Source of the DNA: Thermoplasmata archaeon
Lineage (GTDB): Archaea > Thermoplasmatota > Thermoplasmata > UBA10834
Reading direction: 5' to 3'
DNA: 64,000 nucleotides
NCBI GenBank assembly: GCA_021789945.1
Contig: JAJYIS010000001.1
Coordinates: forward strand, 13,476 to 77,475
The translations under genes were made by a program, and so were the position numbers. Below the pieces are notes generated by a model. The model was not told the origin of the DNA. It did not search any database and saw nothing but the letters and a program-made list of their open reading frames with translations. Positions 62,976 to 64,000 of the stretch are shown here, piece by piece. Position 1 is the stretch's first letter; the number at the start of each line of letters is the position of its first letter.

Positions 62976-63938
62976 ATGGCGAAACTCAACATAGATAGCT
63001 CCGAGTGTACGCAATGCGGCATATGCATTGATATCTGCCCAAACAACGCGCTCGAGCTCCGAGACGTCGGACCCGAGCTGATGCATCCCGAGCTGTGCAC
63101 GGAGTGCGGCGTGTGCGAAGACCAGTGCCCGTCGCGCTCAATCACCGTCCTCCGTCGCCAACAGTTGTCGATGCCCGGAGCGAAACCGACCGCAGACCTC
63201 CAATGGAATGCCGCATCAGAGCAGATGGTGTCGCTGCTCGGACTGGCGAAACCGCCTGTGGGGATATGCCTCGTGAAGAGCGCAAGCGATGTACCGCCTG
63301 GATTCGTGACGATGGACTTCCCCATCAGACACTGCGTCTCGATCCACATGGCATCGCTTGGAGCGGCCATCTTCGTCCCAGCGCAGCAGCATGCGTGCTC
63401 CGCCGGCAAGGCGGCTCTTGGAATCTCTGAGTTGCCCGACAAAGTCAAGTCCGGTAAGGTCCCTTACATGCACGGACTCGCATCAACCGAGCCAGCTGCC
63501 GCGCGCACCATGGAGGAGATACCAAAACTCCCCATAGGGACTTGTACAGGTACCGTGGTCGCACCTCTGGCCTGCTTCAAGCTTCCACCAGAGGTCGTGG
63601 TGCTGACCTGCTTGCCAAAGCAGGCAATGTGGGTTGCTAACTCGCTGCTATTCGAGACGGGGGGACCTAGGATAACGGCGAACTTCGCTGGAATGCAGGC
63701 ATCCTGCGGCGACGTTACCGCCCTTCCCATCCTTACAGGCAGTGTCAATTTCAGCCTTGGGTGCTACGGATGCCGCTCGGCAGGGAAGCTGAAGGACGAC
63801 GAGATGTATGTGGGAATCCCGAGGGCAAGAATAGAAGAGGTGGTCTCCGGTCTACAAGGCCTTCGGAGAGCGATGGGAAAGTTGGAGCGGACACAAAGAC
63901 CCGGAAACCCCATGGAAGCTGGGAACAGAGAGGAATGA
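62976..63938 (+). CDS. 2x[4Fe-4S] ferredoxin-DUF169 fusion protein
   Basis: CTQCGICIDICP and CTECGVCEDQCP; DUF169 motifs PPVGICL, ACSAG, QASCGD and SLGCYGCR. Confidence 0.85.
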   Translation: MAKLNIDSSECTQCGICIDICPNNALELRDVGPELMHPELCTECGVCEDQCPSRSITVLRRQQLSMPGAKPTADLQWNAASEQMVSLLGLAKPPVGICLVKSASDVPPGFVTMDFPIRHCVSIHMASLGAAIFVPAQQHACSAGKAALGISELPDKVKSGKVPYMHGLASTEPAAARTMEEIPKLPIGTCTGTVVAPLACFKLPPEVVVLTCLPKQAMWVANSLLFETGGPRITANFAGMQASCGDVTALPILTGSVNFSLGCYGCRSAGKLKDDEMYVGIPRARIEEVVSGLQGLRRAMGKLERTQRPGNPMEAGNREE

Positions 63939-64000
63939 AAATGGACGATAGAACGCTGGAATTGGTTGGAATAGCTGCTTCGGTCGCAGGGCACTGCCAG
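63935..64000 (+). CDS. Carboxymuconolactone decarboxylase/AhpD-like protein, 3' truncated by window
   Basis: MKMDDRTLELVGIAASVAGHCQ; ATGA overlap with the DUF169 gene. Confidence 0.65.
   Translation, partial: MKMDDRTLELVGIAASVAGHCQ

Larger units (their letters stand above)
50504..64000. mobile_element. tRNA-Ala-integrated genomic island with metal/metalloid-resistance cargo (right end beyond window)
   Basis: Integrase abuts the tRNA 3' end; GC drops (spot counts 39/60 at 361-420 vs 30/60 at 56041-56100); accessory cargo and internal repeats. Confidence 0.82.

Noticed and set aside
1-64000. CRISPR array, rRNA, SRP or RNase P RNA, IS transposase
   Set aside because: No regularly spaced repeats, no conserved rRNA/SRP/RNase P signatures and no DDE/HUH transposase motifs found by eye

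Overview
64 kb of a GC-rich archaeal chromosome. The gene set (aRF1, S3Ae, L37e, Lsm, PurP, HdrCB-DUF749, intron-bearing tRNAs, PKD surface proteins, V4R/DUF835 proteins) suggests Thermoplasmatota, but this is inference only, with no database search. Bases 1-50503 are core genome: translation, purine/pyrimidine synthesis, MutS/MutL, a peptide ABC importer with a 1295-aa PKD-stalked binding protein, M20 peptidase, tungsten AOR, HdrCB, a non-pyrrolysine MttB, a Rab-like GTPase-V4R pair, a Roadblock-V4R pair and three tRNAs (Gln-CTG and Met-CAT with introns, Ala-GGC). From 50504 to the window end lies a lower-GC integrative island. It starts with a tyrosine integrase ending 3 nt after tRNA-Ala and carries a metal/metalloid cargo: a P1B ATPase, an MtrA-like corrinoid-binding protein fused to DUF4346, ArsR, a ferredoxin, Acr3, FmdE-like, TauE, DGC, DUF169 and a partial CMD protein. 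Most notable observations: (1) two identical 18-nt copies of a hairpin mimicking the tRNA-Ala T-arm bracket a 5.5-kb internal cassette, possibly independently excisable; (2) that cassette encodes a Cys-rich MtrA-like cobamide protein with no other mtr genes nearby; (3) Rab-V4R and Roadblock-V4R modules resemble eukaryotic trafficking/signalling pairings; (4) purF apparently needs a CTG start and acr3 an ATA start. All family calls come from motif recognition by eye.
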